NCBI RefSeq assembly: GCF_001194135.2
Contig: NC_068981.1
Location: 33,108,655-33,159,487, forward strand
DNA from: Octopus bimaculoides
Lineage: Eukaryota
Length of the DNA: 50,833 nucleotides
Direction: 5' to 3'
Shown piece by piece: positions 1-12,554 of the stretch (position 1 is its first letter; each line of letters begins with the position of its first letter). The notes beneath the pieces are model-generated. The model saw nothing but the letters and a program-made list of their open reading frames with translations. It was not told the origin of the DNA and did no database searches. Both the position numbers and the translations under genes were made by a program.

Positions 1-59
1 ATACATACATACATACATACATATGATGAGATATGTATGTGTGTGCGTATTTGTGTGAA

Positions 60-860
60 GGCGCAAGTCTTTGTTGTTATGGTGCTAGGGTCATGAATAT
101 TATGTCGAAGGTTCGAGATCCCATGGTAACAAGCTCAGCGGTATATACCTGTTTCATCATTATTGCCATTATTACATTTATTTTTATGCCCGTTTTCCCA
201 TATTTGCATGGGTTACAAATGTCTTCTTCAGCATTATCTCTCTCCACTTGTCACGACCATTTAACATTTTCTTAGTAATGATCAGCATTTTGATATCAGC
301 TTTTTCCAGTTCTACCTATTTCTTTTTCATTGCTTGGCACTTTCTCCAGCTGTCATTCCCCATATGTATCACATTTCCGTAGCAATACAGCCCCTGTTCT
401 TTCATACTATATACTTAACTCAACTTTTACTCAGTTTTTCTCTCGTCACTTTTCTGCAAAGCGAGAGTCTCATTGTTGCCAGTAGAAGTAATAATCCCTT
501 AAGATTTCGCCACTCTGCTCTCAATCTATTATGTTTTTGAAAAGCAAACCTCGACTACTAATGAGATTACCCTGGTAAGAGAAGATATCGACTACTTCAA
601 AGGAACCTTCTAAGCATTTGAAAGTATTTTCATACTATCTGCCACATACGTACTCTTCTTTTTTTTCTGTTGGATTGCTTGTGATCCCACTGCACATCTT
701 ATGCGACCATAGTCGACTAAGGTCCACCATATGTATTTCTTCTATTCCACATATCAAGCATGGCCACCTTTCTAATGACAGTAAAACTCTGTCTTCTTTC
801 CTGCTAACCAGACATTGTGTTTTCGCTAGATTTATCATTATATTGGGGCCTTTCGATTCT
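60..860 (-). mobile_element. Decayed RTE-clade LINE fragment (late RT region, Cys-rich insert and following region)
   Basis: Minus-strand translation NLAKTQCLVSRKEDR..RWPCLICG..LWSHKMCSGI..EYVCGR, then FEVVDIFSYQGNLISS, matching the RTE region NLxKTKV...WPCxxC...CxxC...LEVVDxFxYLG; many stops and frameshifts. Confidence 0.75.
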
Positions 861-899
861 CGACTTTGCTTCCACTTTAGAATTTTTCAGAATCCTTCA

Positions 900-3200
900 C
901 AGATTCAGCAATGAACGCCAGAGTTTATACAGAATCCCCTATAGGATCCAGTTTTCAATTACTCTGTAGCGGGAATAGACAGCAGTCAGATCATTACACC
1001 CGATGTCGTGATTCGTTGAAATATTACCCACGTGATAAAAAAAAAACCTAATCAATTATGACTTAGCGAGGAAAAGGCTCCAGCGACGATATCATCATTT
1101 AGCGCCCTTTTTTCTGAGCTTAATCACCAGTATAAATTCGGTACACCTTGGCTACTTAACCAGAAAATTTGGAGAGAGCAATGACAGAAACCATAGGAGA
1201 CGGCCAACACAGACGGCGGACAGCAGCTGACCCGAGCTGACAACAGACGCAATGAACAATCGGAGGACGAATGACATTAGAGGCCAGTAGCACACCAAGC
1301 AGCTAACCACACTCTGACTGCTGTTAAAATCACACCAAAAACATTAAGATTCGAACTTTCTCGGTGTTTTATCGTTCGTAGTAACAACAGCATTTTTCTT
1401 TGTGCACGAAAAAAGATAAATATTTTGTTTATAAAAAGAGTTTTGCAAATATACGTCTTCTTCCTAACAACTCTATTATGGCTTAGAGAACTTTGACAAA
1501 TAGGAAAGGACTGAGAACCATTGAAACCCAACTGCATTTATTGAACTTGTTGCCATTCCTATACATGGCTTGCACGGCTCTCACTCACTATTCATCTACA
1601 CTTAGGTTTCTTAACGACCACCAGACTACAGAAGGCAGAACCCTATCAAAGATCTTCAGATCGACAAATACTAGATGTAATGGCTTATACTAACCTAAAA
1701 ATCTTGCTTGTAATTGTCTCACAATTAGATTTGTGCGGCTCGGCAAAAACATAAATTGCATCTCATTTAAGCATAAGCTTATTCAGTTCCTAATTAGATG
1801 AGCTAAAACTCTTTCCATTAGTGTCATATGTTTTCCATTAATTTTATATTTCTGTATATGCATCTTTCTAGACCATTTCCTTTGTTCGTGTGACTGTTGA
1901 TGACGATATTTTTACGTCAGCCATTTGATGTATCGTCGCCCTAAACTATTTAATTGACTATGCGAGTGACGGGCTGAACCCGGATGTTTCATTCCTTGAT
2001 GGCTGGCCACTTCCCCATGCCTTCACATCATTAGTTGATCTGCACAGCTATCAATTTCAGTAGCTACCCCCACCTGTTGGATCTACAATACAGTAGTTTT
2101 TTTCTATCTCGCAAGCATTCGCTACATTCGGAAATCTCTCCAAGTAGCTCTTTAAAACCTCTTTTCTATATGGTGAGGGTAAGTGTTCTACTGTCGTTAT
2201 GGAAACACGTTGCCTCTAACAACTTCTTGATTCGTACTGACAAACTGCTTAGTAATGCTTCAAATCCTTTCATCGCAGAATATTGGCAAATCTCTTACTT
2301 CTACCTTATCTCCAGGCTACGTATATTTTATAGCTAGATTCTCATTATCGCTATTTAACGTCCATGGTAGATGATGATGATGATGATGATGCATTGCAGT
2401 CTAACGATGACTTAACTGGCTGAAACTTCGAAGTTACAGTCAAAAACGTGTGTATGTATGTATGTACGTATGTATGTATGTATGTATGTATGTATGTACA
2501 GCAGACTTTAACTTCAAACTTCATTTGCCGAACTTAGTCGGCTAAACACGGCTTGACTATGTTTAAATAATGCCTGATGAGTCTGGAAATTCACATAATG
2601 TATGATGTAATCCAAGATTTTGTATTATGACTACAATAAATAAAGATTCTTTGCGAAATAATAGTCGCAAATTTCGTTCGTTATTTATTATATTTGAGCC
2701 ACATCAAGCCCCTTATTATAGGATCATTGGTAAATGATTGAAATCGAGAATTACCAAAAATGGCGAAATATCGATATCCTTTGCCCCTGAATGTGATTCG
2801 GTGAGAGTTGTGACGCTTATCTATGACTTTCAGATGTTTTAGCACTCGGTACTTTGAGGGAGTCATCCCCACCGGCTACTGGGCATACTACAGACGAACA
2901 AGCTAGCAACGTACATCGAGTATGTGTGTCGATAATGTTTACAAACAAGCACGGCTTCTAATTCATATTTGAATGTGTGATGAGTGAGTGTGTGTGTGTA
3001 TGTGTGTGTGTGTGTGTGTGTGCGCGGATGGGGTTGCAGAATAGAATGATTAAAGAGGCAAGAGTTTTGTGCATTGGCACTTGCCAAACTAGATACAGAT
3101 CGATGAGTTGTGGATTTATGTAATCGGTAGTAATAATACATACAGAACCCCAAATCGGTTCTACCTCATTCACTGGGTGCCTGCACCAAAGAGCGCATCT
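900..3200. promoter_or_regulatory. CpG-retaining, largely repeat-free segment (possible unmethylated promoter or regulatory region)
   Basis: By eye about 35 CpGs in 900-2000, versus about 7 in 6340-7240. No transcript could be assigned. Confidence 0.3.
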
Positions 3201-3481
3201 CTATTTTTTTTCCTATCCCTTATGAATTACCACCATGCGACTACACAATTTTTACTCTGTGCTTATTAACACAAAGTGGTAAATCCCATTTCTCACCTTA
3301 CACCCATCTTCTAGCAGTCAACAAAAGATGAATCTAACTACTTACAGAATGGATAACTGAAAGGCAAATAATCTGGGCAGTGGAAATATCCAGTGGAGGT
3401 GGGGTGCATTGAAGAAAATTTGGGGATGATAATAGGGTGGCCAAGATCGGATGATAGGCGTAAAAAAAAAAATTAATAGAC

Positions 3482-3818
3482 GCAGGAATGGCTGTGTGGT
3501 AACTTGCTCACCAACCACATGGTTCCGGGTTCAGTTCCACTGCATGGCACCTTGGGCAAGTGTCTTCTACTATAGCCTCGGGCCGACCAAAGCCTTGTGA
3601 GTGGATTTGGTAGACGGAAACTGAAAGAAGCCCGTCGTATATATGTATTTATATATATATATATGTATGTGCGTGTGTATATGTTTGTCCCCCCAACATT
3701 GCTTGACAACCGATGCTGGTATGTTTACGTCCCCGTAACTTAGCGGTTCGACAAAAGAGACTGATAGAATAAGTACTAGGCTTCCAAAGAATAAGTCCAG
3801 GGGTCGAGAGTAAAAGGC
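3482..3818 (+). mobile_element. tRNA-derived SINE family A (CORE-like segment, internal (TA)n/(TG)n, TAAAAGAG-type tail), internally deleted copy
   Basis: A-box-like TGGCTGTGTGGT and B-box-like GGTTCAGTTCC, then GGCACCTTGGGCAAGTGTCTT (similar to the CORE-SINE core); near-identical to copies at 10051, 11460, 14267, 29505 and 43130. Confidence 0.85.
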
Positions 3819-4199
3819 TAATTAGGTTTAAGTTTAATTTCTGAAATGCAGTTGTTTTGAATTTGCTGCAGAAAGTGGTCTATATTTGTAGTGGGGAGGG
3901 GGAGGAGGCATTGGGAATGTGGCCTGGGTGCCAAGGGGGTGGCAGCCTGAATAAATTTGGGAACTACTGGTGTACAGCAACAACTCAAAGAAGTTGCTTC
4001 TTACATTGTAACGACCAAATAAAGGCCATATCAACAAATAGATATTTTTCTTTCTATCATTTATCTGCAACATATAAATCTTTACAAGGCGGTGCCGTAG
4101 CATGGCCAGTCTAATAACTGAAACATGTAAAAGATATATATATATATTTCAAATTTTGTTATGTCTAGGGAGTCATTATGCCAATATTATTAACACATA

Positions 4200-4384
4200 A
4201 GGCTTCGTCTGTCTTTACGTTCTGAGTTCAAATTCCGCTGAGGTTGACTTTGTCTTTCATCCTTTAGGGGTCAATTAAATAAGTACCAGTTATGCACTGG
4301 GGTTGATATAATCAACTTAATCCCTTTGTCTGTCCTTGTTTGTCCCCTCTATGTTTAGCCCCTGCAGGTAATAAAGAAGTAAAT
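4200..4384 (+). mobile_element. SINE family B (core TTTGCCTTTCATCCTTTCGGGGTCGATAAATTAAGTACCAG), 5'-truncated
   Basis: Matches the copies at 25174 and 48967. Confidence 0.8.
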
Positions 4385-4751
4385 ATGTGTGTGTGTGTGT
4401 GTATATATATATATAGATATATATATATATATATATATATAATTGTGTGTGTGTGTGTGTGTGTCTTTGTCACCTACCACTGCTTGACAACTGGGTTTGG
4501 TTTGCTTACATCCCCATAACTTAGCAGTTCAGCAAAAGACACTGATAGAATAAGAACTAGGTTTCAAAAAAATTATTAAGTACTGGGGTTAATTCCTTTT
4601 TTATTTATTTTTTTTATTTTGCTGTAGTTTCAGCTTAGAGCTGCGGCCATGCTGATGCACCACCGTTTGAAGAAATGAAAAAATAACAACTACTAATGCT
4701 AAGAAACAAATAGCTCTTATTTTTATAAAGTAGACATTAAATTATGTACAT

Positions 4752-4804
4752 ATGTAGATAATTTAATGTATGTAGATAATTTAATGTATGTAGATAATTT
4801 AATG
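4752..4804. repeat. 18-bp tandem repeat x3 (ATGTAGATAATTTAATGT)
   Basis: Seen directly; it produces the KLSTYI repeats in ORF 4723-4926. Confidence 0.9.
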
Positions 4805-5839
4805 AACGAGATAGATATGGTATAATTATAAACAGCACAAATTTTAGCTATTTCTCTGCAGACTGAAGAAATGAACAACCTTAATCGTTTCTTGAACTTT
4901 ATTGGGTTCTCATCAGAGATGCCCACATCATTCTGACTAAAAAAAAATCTTCAAGGAAGTGCCCCAGCATGGCTGCAGTTTAATGACTGAAACAAGCAAA
5001 AGATAAAAGATACTGGTTTTCATTTGTTCAAATAAAACCCTACAAGGTAGAGCCCCAGCATGGCCACAGTTCAATGACTGAAACAATTCACAATAGATAA
5101 TAGAAAAAGATAAACAAACAAAATTGAGGTAAAACTTTATTTAAAAAACAACAAATATTAAATTAACAATAAAACAACAATATAGATTTGTGCAAATAAA
5201 TAATAGGAAGAATAAACCTGTACAGTTTTAAATTTTGTGTTAAAATAATTTTAATTTAATTTAAACTGTATTTGATAAAAAAAAAACATTTTTTTTTTTA
5301 TGTGAAAAAAGAAGCTGAGACAACATTCTTTTATTTTTTGTTTTTATATATTTTTTTTGTAATTGAAAAATTAGAATTATTTATAACCATTAGAATCAAG
5401 TGCTTGGCATTAAAGCCAGTGAAGGAAATTTGATTCTTAACTGTCCAGAAAAAAAAAAAAAAAACCTGGTTGCTTTATTACTGTGGAAAACAGTAAAGAG
5501 AGCTCATATCATTCATATCTTGAAACTTGTATTTTCAATGACTAACACCCGAGGCACAGCAGCAGCAGAGGCAACAGTAACAGTAGGAGTAGGAGGAGGA
5601 AGCAGGAGAGGGGGATGATGACAACAATGACAATGATGATAACAACAACAACAACAACAACGACAGTGATGATGATGACGATATCAGTGTTGAATTGATA
5701 CTTTATCTATCAACCCTGACATGTTGTATTTTAAATAAAAGGAGAAAAAAAAATGTGAATTATTGAATTTTCTTTCTTTACATGTTGAGTCTTGAGGGTC
5801 AGTAAAATCCCTGAGCAGTGCTCATGGCTTTCCATAGGC

Positions 5840-6320
5840 CCTCTCTGGATTGGTAAGATTGATGCTATTAATGTTCATCTCAAACTTCTGCAAGTCAACA
5901 ACTATATGAAAGATATGAGCAAGGAGGGAATTTCAGAGAGCCAACTTTCTAGGAAGGAAGAGATAGGCATAGTCATTAGTGCAGGGTCTGTTGGGGTTGG
6001 ACATAAGAAGGGTGATAGAAGGAGGAGAGACATGTGGGGATGAAAATGCCTGAGCAGAAACAGTATGAAGTCAGACAGTTCCAGGGAGCAAAGGCCATTA
6101 TAGTAGCAGTAGGGAAGGCAGAGAGAGAGAGAGAAAAGACAGCATGTCTGTGGGCCAGAGACTGGAAGGTATCTGTGAGTAACTTTATGCCAGTTGGTCA
6201 AGTGACCTAGGAGGCCTATATGTACAGCAACAGCACTGTCCCATATGTAAGAGCAATGCTCTAATGCAGGCCTCACCTGAGTTTTGTAGAGAATTATACA
6301 AATGTTCTTTGCTGACAAGT
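5840..6320 (-). mobile_element. Decayed CR1/L2-like LINE, end of ORF2
   Basis: ILYKTQVRPALEHCSYIWDSA...YCYYNGLCSLEL resembles the LYKxxIRPxLEYCSxIW...YRYYNGxCSxEL motif found downstream of RT. Confidence 0.65.
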
Positions 6321-6793
6321 GAAAAATTCAAAGATTTGTGAATTCTAGTTTTTCGACAATAGGAGGAGCTGCCATTGAAGAATCAGAAAACATCATTACT
6401 ACAAACATTTTATTCCCACAAGTTTGGTACACGTGTGGTGACATTTCTGACTGTACTTGGCAAGAACTGAGTTCCTCCTTTCATAAAACAATGTTTCGTG
6501 ACTTAAAGTTGAAATTTCATTTAAGTATTTCCCAGTGTATGCCATTAAAAGATTCTGGTCCATATTTTACGATATACAGAAATAAACATAAACCATTGTA
6601 CTCAAAAGTACGTTTATCACAGCTTTCTATCACAGATTGTAAAATGAAAGAGAATATTTACCAATGACAGATAATCTTTCTTTCCAACAGTTAACATTTC
6701 TTATTTGTGAAATAAAAAATATTTTTGCTTTACTTGGAAACTAAAGCTGCTCACACAAGCATGTCTATAACATAATTATCTTCTACACTGTTA

Positions 6794-6799
6794 TTTATT
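6794..6799 (-). terminator. Candidate polyadenylation signal for the dsRBD-repeat gene
   Basis: First minus-strand AATAAA that I found downstream of the stop, ~450 nt away. Such hexamers are common in AT-rich DNA. Confidence 0.2.
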
Positions 6800-7244
6800 C
6801 AGCAAATTATTTAGGGACTATTAATGTACTACAGCGGGTAAGAGAAGGTTTTTGTTTTTTAAGGGAGCCTCAAATGTGGTCAGTTGCCCTGTGGGAAATA
6901 GTAGCTGAATCACCCCCAAATGACATCCAACAGTCATAAAAAATGAAATTATATGTTGGAGATTAGGCCTGATTGTACGATGTTTGGGAGCAAAAAACAA
7001 GATATCATGGCTAAAATGTCTTTAACCATTGCAGCTAAACAATAGCTAATTTTTCTTAACATATTCACTTATGGATTTCATTGAACTTGATATTTGTGAA
7101 CTAATCATGAACAGCTGTATTCAAGGATTCAGTATCCTTACTAATGTTACACTCACAGACATAAAAAAAAACAACAACAAACAACAACACAAAACCAGCA
7201 AGGTAAGCTTAAAGCTTTCCTAGTACTTGTACACATACATGAAA

Positions 7245-8785
7245 TTAACATATTTCAGTTGACTGAGATGGGACATTGTTGGAAGTGGATTCAGTTTCTG
7301 GAGTTTCAGTATTTAGTAACATTTTTTGGTTACCCTTCATAACAACTTCAATAATATTCACACCATTAATATCTTCATTCTGAAGTGGTTCTCGCTGGTT
7401 TAGCAGTTGTTCCACATCCAACGTCTTTAATGTTTCCCATGATGCATTGTAGGCAACCACCTGTGACTCGCGCTTGCAGCTATTTTCTGCGCTAGCTATA
7501 AATTGATCAGACAGAAATAGCATGCACTTCACAATGTTGTTGTTAATGCCAACACGTTGGTACACCACTGTAGGATTTAAGAAAACTTCAATTGCTTTAG
7601 TGTCGATTGTGCACACAATGCTATTTTTAGGTGGAGCATTACAGTTCTTGACATACTTAACTAGTGATCTGAATCTTTCTTCAAGAGGTGGAATGGTATT
7701 GTGCAGACTAAAAACATCCGTGTCAGGTTCTGGTATATCAGAATCTTCTATTCCTTCACCAACTTCTTCAGGGGGCAATTGTTGCAGTCTTGAGATGGCT
7801 TTAAAATAAGTCTTTTGTCGTGTTTCCTTTTTCTTGAATGCCCATCCAATAGCTAGAATTATGTCATTCAGCTTCAATGTCCCTTTATAATAAGGGCGTC
7901 CATGAATTATAAATTTGTCCTCCACTTTGTAATCGAGATCTATCTTACCCCCTGTCTTCATACAAGCCTGTTTTAGGACAGACACAGAAATATTCTCACT
8001 GAAAACTTTTTCAGCAAAAAATTTCTTGAGTTGAACGATAACTGGAACCATCTTGTTTCCACTAGCATTGTAATCAAGACAGGGTTCAGATTCTTCAGGC
8101 ACATCTTGTTCTTCATAAGGTCCAGGATCTTTCAGTTTTAAAATATCATCAAGCGGGGTTGCTAGCAACAATTCGTAAACTTTGGAATATATTTTGTGCT
8201 TAAGGTCTTTCTTATGAATTCCACAGCCACGAGCAATAAATAAACCATCAAGGTGAAAAGATGCACTATACTGATTGCTCCCTCCTGGTAATTCATAACT
8301 GCAATCCAAACTATAGAGTGGATTCATCAAATCTTTACCAAATTTAGAAAGCAAGTTTTCTATAAGCATTATTTTATTGGGTTTGATTTCTTCTTTCTTT
8401 AACTCCTCAATAAATGCACACAGTTTTTCATCTGGTGTTCCAAGGTGTTGATATTTTGTAAATTTCCCTTCTTGTTTTTGCTTCATTTTAGTTTTTTTTA
8501 TACTTTTCTGATTTTCTGATTGATCATTTTCCAGAGATTTTCTCTGTCTATCCTTAGGCGTCAATAAGTCTTGCAACTGAGGGTGGTTTTCTGTTGCAGT
8601 GTATTTAAAAGGATCAACAACATCCCTGTAATGACAATGAGTATCCTCTGAAGATAATTTTGAATATCCTGTATCAGAGGAATTAAAACGGTTTCTGTTG
8701 GTACTTGCTGTCCCTGCAGTAGTTGTTCTTTCTAAAAGTTGCATGAACAAGTTTACATTCATATCTTTCAATTTTTCATGACAGG
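7245..8785 (-). CDS. Terminal coding exon of a gene encoding a protein with three tandem dsRBD-like domains (NKRF/CARF-like repeats)
   Basis: 513 uninterrupted codons including the stop in ~35% GC DNA. It is preceded by a polypyrimidine tract and acceptor (minus strand TTTTTTTCCCCATTATTTTGCAG|CC, intron end 8786), with an in-frame TAA further upstream at 8817-8819, so the ORF-track TTG start is probably not the real start. Three repeats show a helix / beta-beta-beta / G-x-x-x-x-KK-helix pattern at about 8378-8163, 7997-7779 and 7625-7422. Repeat 3 (SIVCTIDTKA..VVYQRV..VKCMLFLSDQFIASAENSCKRESQVVAYNASWETLKT) aligns by eye with my recollection of the last NKRF dsRBD-like repeat. Confidence 0.85.
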
Positions 8786-10050
8786 CTGCAAAATAATGGG
8801 GAAAAAAAGTAGCACTTTACTAGATATTTTGAATTTATAAAAGCAGCAAACGTTTACAATCGAACAGTTTAAATTTAAAATATATTTACATATATGCACT
8901 ACCAAACTAAATATTTTCTGAACAATATTAAAGAAGATGCGATTTGTCTTCTCTTTATGTCGCATATTTCCTTATAGTCTCAATACAAGGGAGGTAACTC
9001 TTTCAATGTTCTTGGCCAGAAGTTCTTTTTTTCCTTCTTTTTTGACACTGAACAAAAATATTTTAGCATGCTTCGCTCAGAAAGTAAAAATAATAAAAAA
9101 ATACAGAAGATATTTATATATTTTATCCAGTGAATATAAATAAATCTAAGCTACACACATTTACTTCTTGAAATATGAAGCCTTGTTTTCAAGACTACAT
9201 TGTAAATGTTTGGGTTTTTTTCATATTTTAAATTTTTTCATTGGTGATTAATGTGCCATGACACATCGTCTATGGACTTATGGTTTAGAATAATAAGTTC
9301 TTTATTTAATAATAATAATTTTCTTATATAATGCAAGGCTGTTATGTATCTTCGCTATAGCAAGACACCTGTGTTTGTTTCTCTGTCATACTTTAACACC
9401 CCAACATCTGGCATAAAACCACCTCTATTCCCTCTCAAATATTCCCCAGCTTAACCCAGGGGGCTTTTTCTTTTTCTTCTTCCTTTCTTGTCTTGCAAGT
9501 TAATAGGCAATTTCGTAAGTGTTAATGGCACAAAAAAAATCATCTAATGTACAATCATCTAATGCCATTCACTGTAACGTGATTGACATTAGAAAAGGTA
9601 CCCAGCTGTAAAGGCCATGCCATTGCCAATGCTGGAGCACAATGCACCCCGGTCAAACCTTCCAGCTCATGCCAGCATAGAACATGGATGTTAATTGATG
9701 ATGATGATGACCACCACCACCACCACCACCACTACCATGAGTACAAAGTTCATAAAGTGAAAAGACTTTGCCTTTCATTCTTTCGGAGTCGATAAATTAA
9801 GTACCAGTTGCATGCTGGGGTTGATCTAATCGACTGGCTCCCTCCCCAAAAGTTTTGAGCCTTGTACATAGAGTAGAAAAGAAACATTGAGAGAAACTAA
9901 TGTGGAATAAGTAAAATTGGAGAGGTTCTCCTCTTCACCAAGACAAAGTGATTCCACTTCATTAATTGTTTGTATTTGTTGATGCTAACTATAACCAGTT
10001 TCTTTGGATTCTCTATTACTCTTTATTCTAATTTATCTCAATAAATATAA

Positions 10051-10218
10051 GCAGGAGTGGCTGTGTGGTAAGTAGCTTGCTTACCAACCACATGGTTCCG
10101 GGTTCAGTCCCACTGAGTGGCACCTTGGGCAAGTGTCTTCTACTATAGCCTCGGGCCGACCAAAGCCTTGTGAGTGGATTTGGTAGACGGAAACTGAAAG
10201 AAGCCTGTTGTATATATG

Positions 10219-10263
<45 letters not shown>

Positions 10264-10480
10264 TTGTGTGTCTGTGTTTGTCCCCCCACCATCGCTTGAC
10301 AACCGATGCTGATGTATTTACGTCCCCGTAACTTAGCGGTTCGGCAAAAAGAGACTGATAGAATAAGTACTAGGCTTACGAAAGATTAAGTCCTGGGGTC
10401 GATTTGCTCGACTAAAAGTGGTGCTCCAGCATGGCCGCAGTCAAATGACTGAAACAAGTAAAAGAGTAAAAGAGAGAGAG
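10051..10480 (+). mobile_element. SINE family A, near full-length
   Basis: GCAGGAGTGGCTGTGTGGTAAG head, internal microsatellite, tail ending GTAAAAGAGTAAAAGAG. Confidence 0.9.
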
Positions 10481-11459
10481 AGGTATTTGTGTGTGTTTGC
10501 ATACACAAGCATGCATCAATGTAAGCTTATCACCCCAATTACTGGCCTTATTTTCAGCATCATCACTTCATTTTTTTCCCAAGATGCCATGGTTTAAGCA
10601 AATCTGCAGTGGAGTAAATCTTGGCTCTGTGTTATCACAATAAGGCCTGTTAGGTTCTCAGACACTTACATAATTTTATTCGTTACCTTGCCATGTACAT
10701 AATTTACTGAAGAATATCACAATATCACAGAATCGACCAAACTATTTGATGTTGTTATACAACACTTGACTCAATGCAATTCACATCGTTTTAGCTTTTG
10801 AATGAAGCCACCCTGTTGGCTAGGCAAGCTGGCTAATATTCCTCTTGATCAGAAGGCTAGTCCATTGTAGGGTTACCCATTTACAGCTGAGCAGACTGGA
10901 GAAATATGAAACAGAGTGTTTTCCTCAAGAACATAACCATAATCATCACTATAATCATTTAACATAGTCTTCCACGCTGGCATGGGTTGAGCAGTTTCAC
11001 AGGATTCAACAACCCACAGAGCTGCAGCAGGCCCCAACGCCAGGTTTCACATGGTTTCTATGACGTGTTGATCTTATCACTAACCACTTTACAATGTGTA
11101 CTTGGTAGTCTTTTCATGAGACCAAGCACTATTGAGGTCTCCAGGTAATTTGCAAAACAAAGTCAAGAAAAGAAAAGGAAAAAGCCACCTTGATTCAGTG
11201 AGTGAAATATACTAACGAAGATGATGATGGCAGTAACACCACACACGTTACTGAAGTGCAATTGATATGTTAGTTCAAGAGCTGGACAATTGATCACATG
11301 ATCATAAGTCTAAGCCTTGCTATAGCCACATTGTGTTACATACCCAGAAGAAGCACATTAGATTTACTCTCTTAAATTGAGTGGTTAACAATATGAAGAA
11401 TATAGGAATGTATAAATACTTGCCCCAATACCCAACACTTTCACATTAGCTTTAGATTT

Positions 11460-11837
11460 GCTTACCAACCACATGGTTCCAGGTTCAGTCCTACTGCATG
11501 GCACCTTGGGCAAGTGTCTTCTACTATAGCCTCGGGCTGACCAAAGCCTTGTGAGTGGATTTGGTAGACAGAAACTGAAAGAAGCCCGTCGTATATATGT
11601 ATATATATATGTGTGTATGTTTGTGTTTGTGTGTCTGTGTTTGTCCCCCCAACATCCCTTTACAACCGATGCTGGTGTGTTTACGTCCCCATAACTTAAC
11701 GGTTCGGCAAAAGCGACCGATAGAATAAGTACTAGGCTTCCAAAGAATAAGTCCTGGGATTGATTTGCTCGACTAAAGGCGGTGCTCCAGCAAGGCTGCA
11801 ATCAAATGACTGAAATAAGTAAAAGAGTAAAAGAGTA
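11460..11837 (+). mobile_element. SINE family A, 5'-truncated
   Basis: High identity to the 10051-10480 copy from GCTTACCAACCACATGG onward. Confidence 0.9.
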
Positions 11838-12203
11838 TATAACATAATTACTATATTATGTCACATGTAAACAAACATAAGTTTGTTTTTGAAGCATTGC
11901 AATGTATTGTAGTATAAGAAGAAAGATATATTTTGCAATGTGTAAGTACTGATAAAACAGCATATATAGGATAAAATCCTTTTAGAGCAGAAAAATTTGT
12001 CGGCAACCGCTACTTATACTATAATTACTATATTATAATGAAGTTGCAGGAGTGGGTGTGTTACACTTTGCAACCATGTGGTTTTGGGTTCGAGTGTAAT
12101 CCAGGCAAGTGTTTTCTACTATAATCTCAGGCTGACCAGTGCTTTGAGTGAACTTGGTTGATGGAATTGTAAAGAACCCATCATAAATGTATTTATGTAT
12201 GCA

Positions 12204-12234
<31 letters not shown>

Positions 12235-12520
12235 ATGCATGTTCCCCTTGTCTTAACATATGCATGCTGATTGTAAACAGATTTCTTGTACAACACTATC
12301 ATTTGTTTGCAATCTTCTGTGAAAACATATCTAGCCACTGAGCTGCTGGCCATTGATCTGTTCACTGTTTGAAGGACAAGTGTAAATATTACCTTGCTTA
12401 GTAAAAAAAGTGAGGGTTGGTGACAAGTAAAACATCTGGCCATAGAAAAACTGCCTTAACAAGTTTCATCTGACCCATACAAGCATGGAAAAGTGGAAGT
12501 TAAAACGATGATGATGATGA

Positions 12521-12554
<34 letters not shown>

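Noticed and set aside
2574-2612. Hammerhead ribozyme core (CTGATGA...GAAA...ATC)
   Set aside because: The G10.1-C11.1 pair is missing and stem I cannot form; only a bulged stem III fits.
4870-4925. Minus-strand hammerhead-like motif (CTGATGA GAAC..GTTC AA GAAAC)
   Set aside because: There are two extra nucleotides before GAAA and no stem I pairing.
6338-6667. 109-aa plus-strand ORF downstream of the dsRBD-repeat gene
   Set aside because: No recognisable domain and only a weak AAG acceptor; roughly one ORF of this length is expected by chance in 50 kb of such DNA. Probably antisense to the 3' UTR.
7300-7345. Possible donor (AAGG|GTAACC) that would extend the protein with a G-patch/R3H exon
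   Set aside because: Weak donor, and I found no downstream minus-strand exon with G-patch (N-x-G-x-x-x-L-x-K-M-G-W) or R3H motifs between 7245 and position 1.
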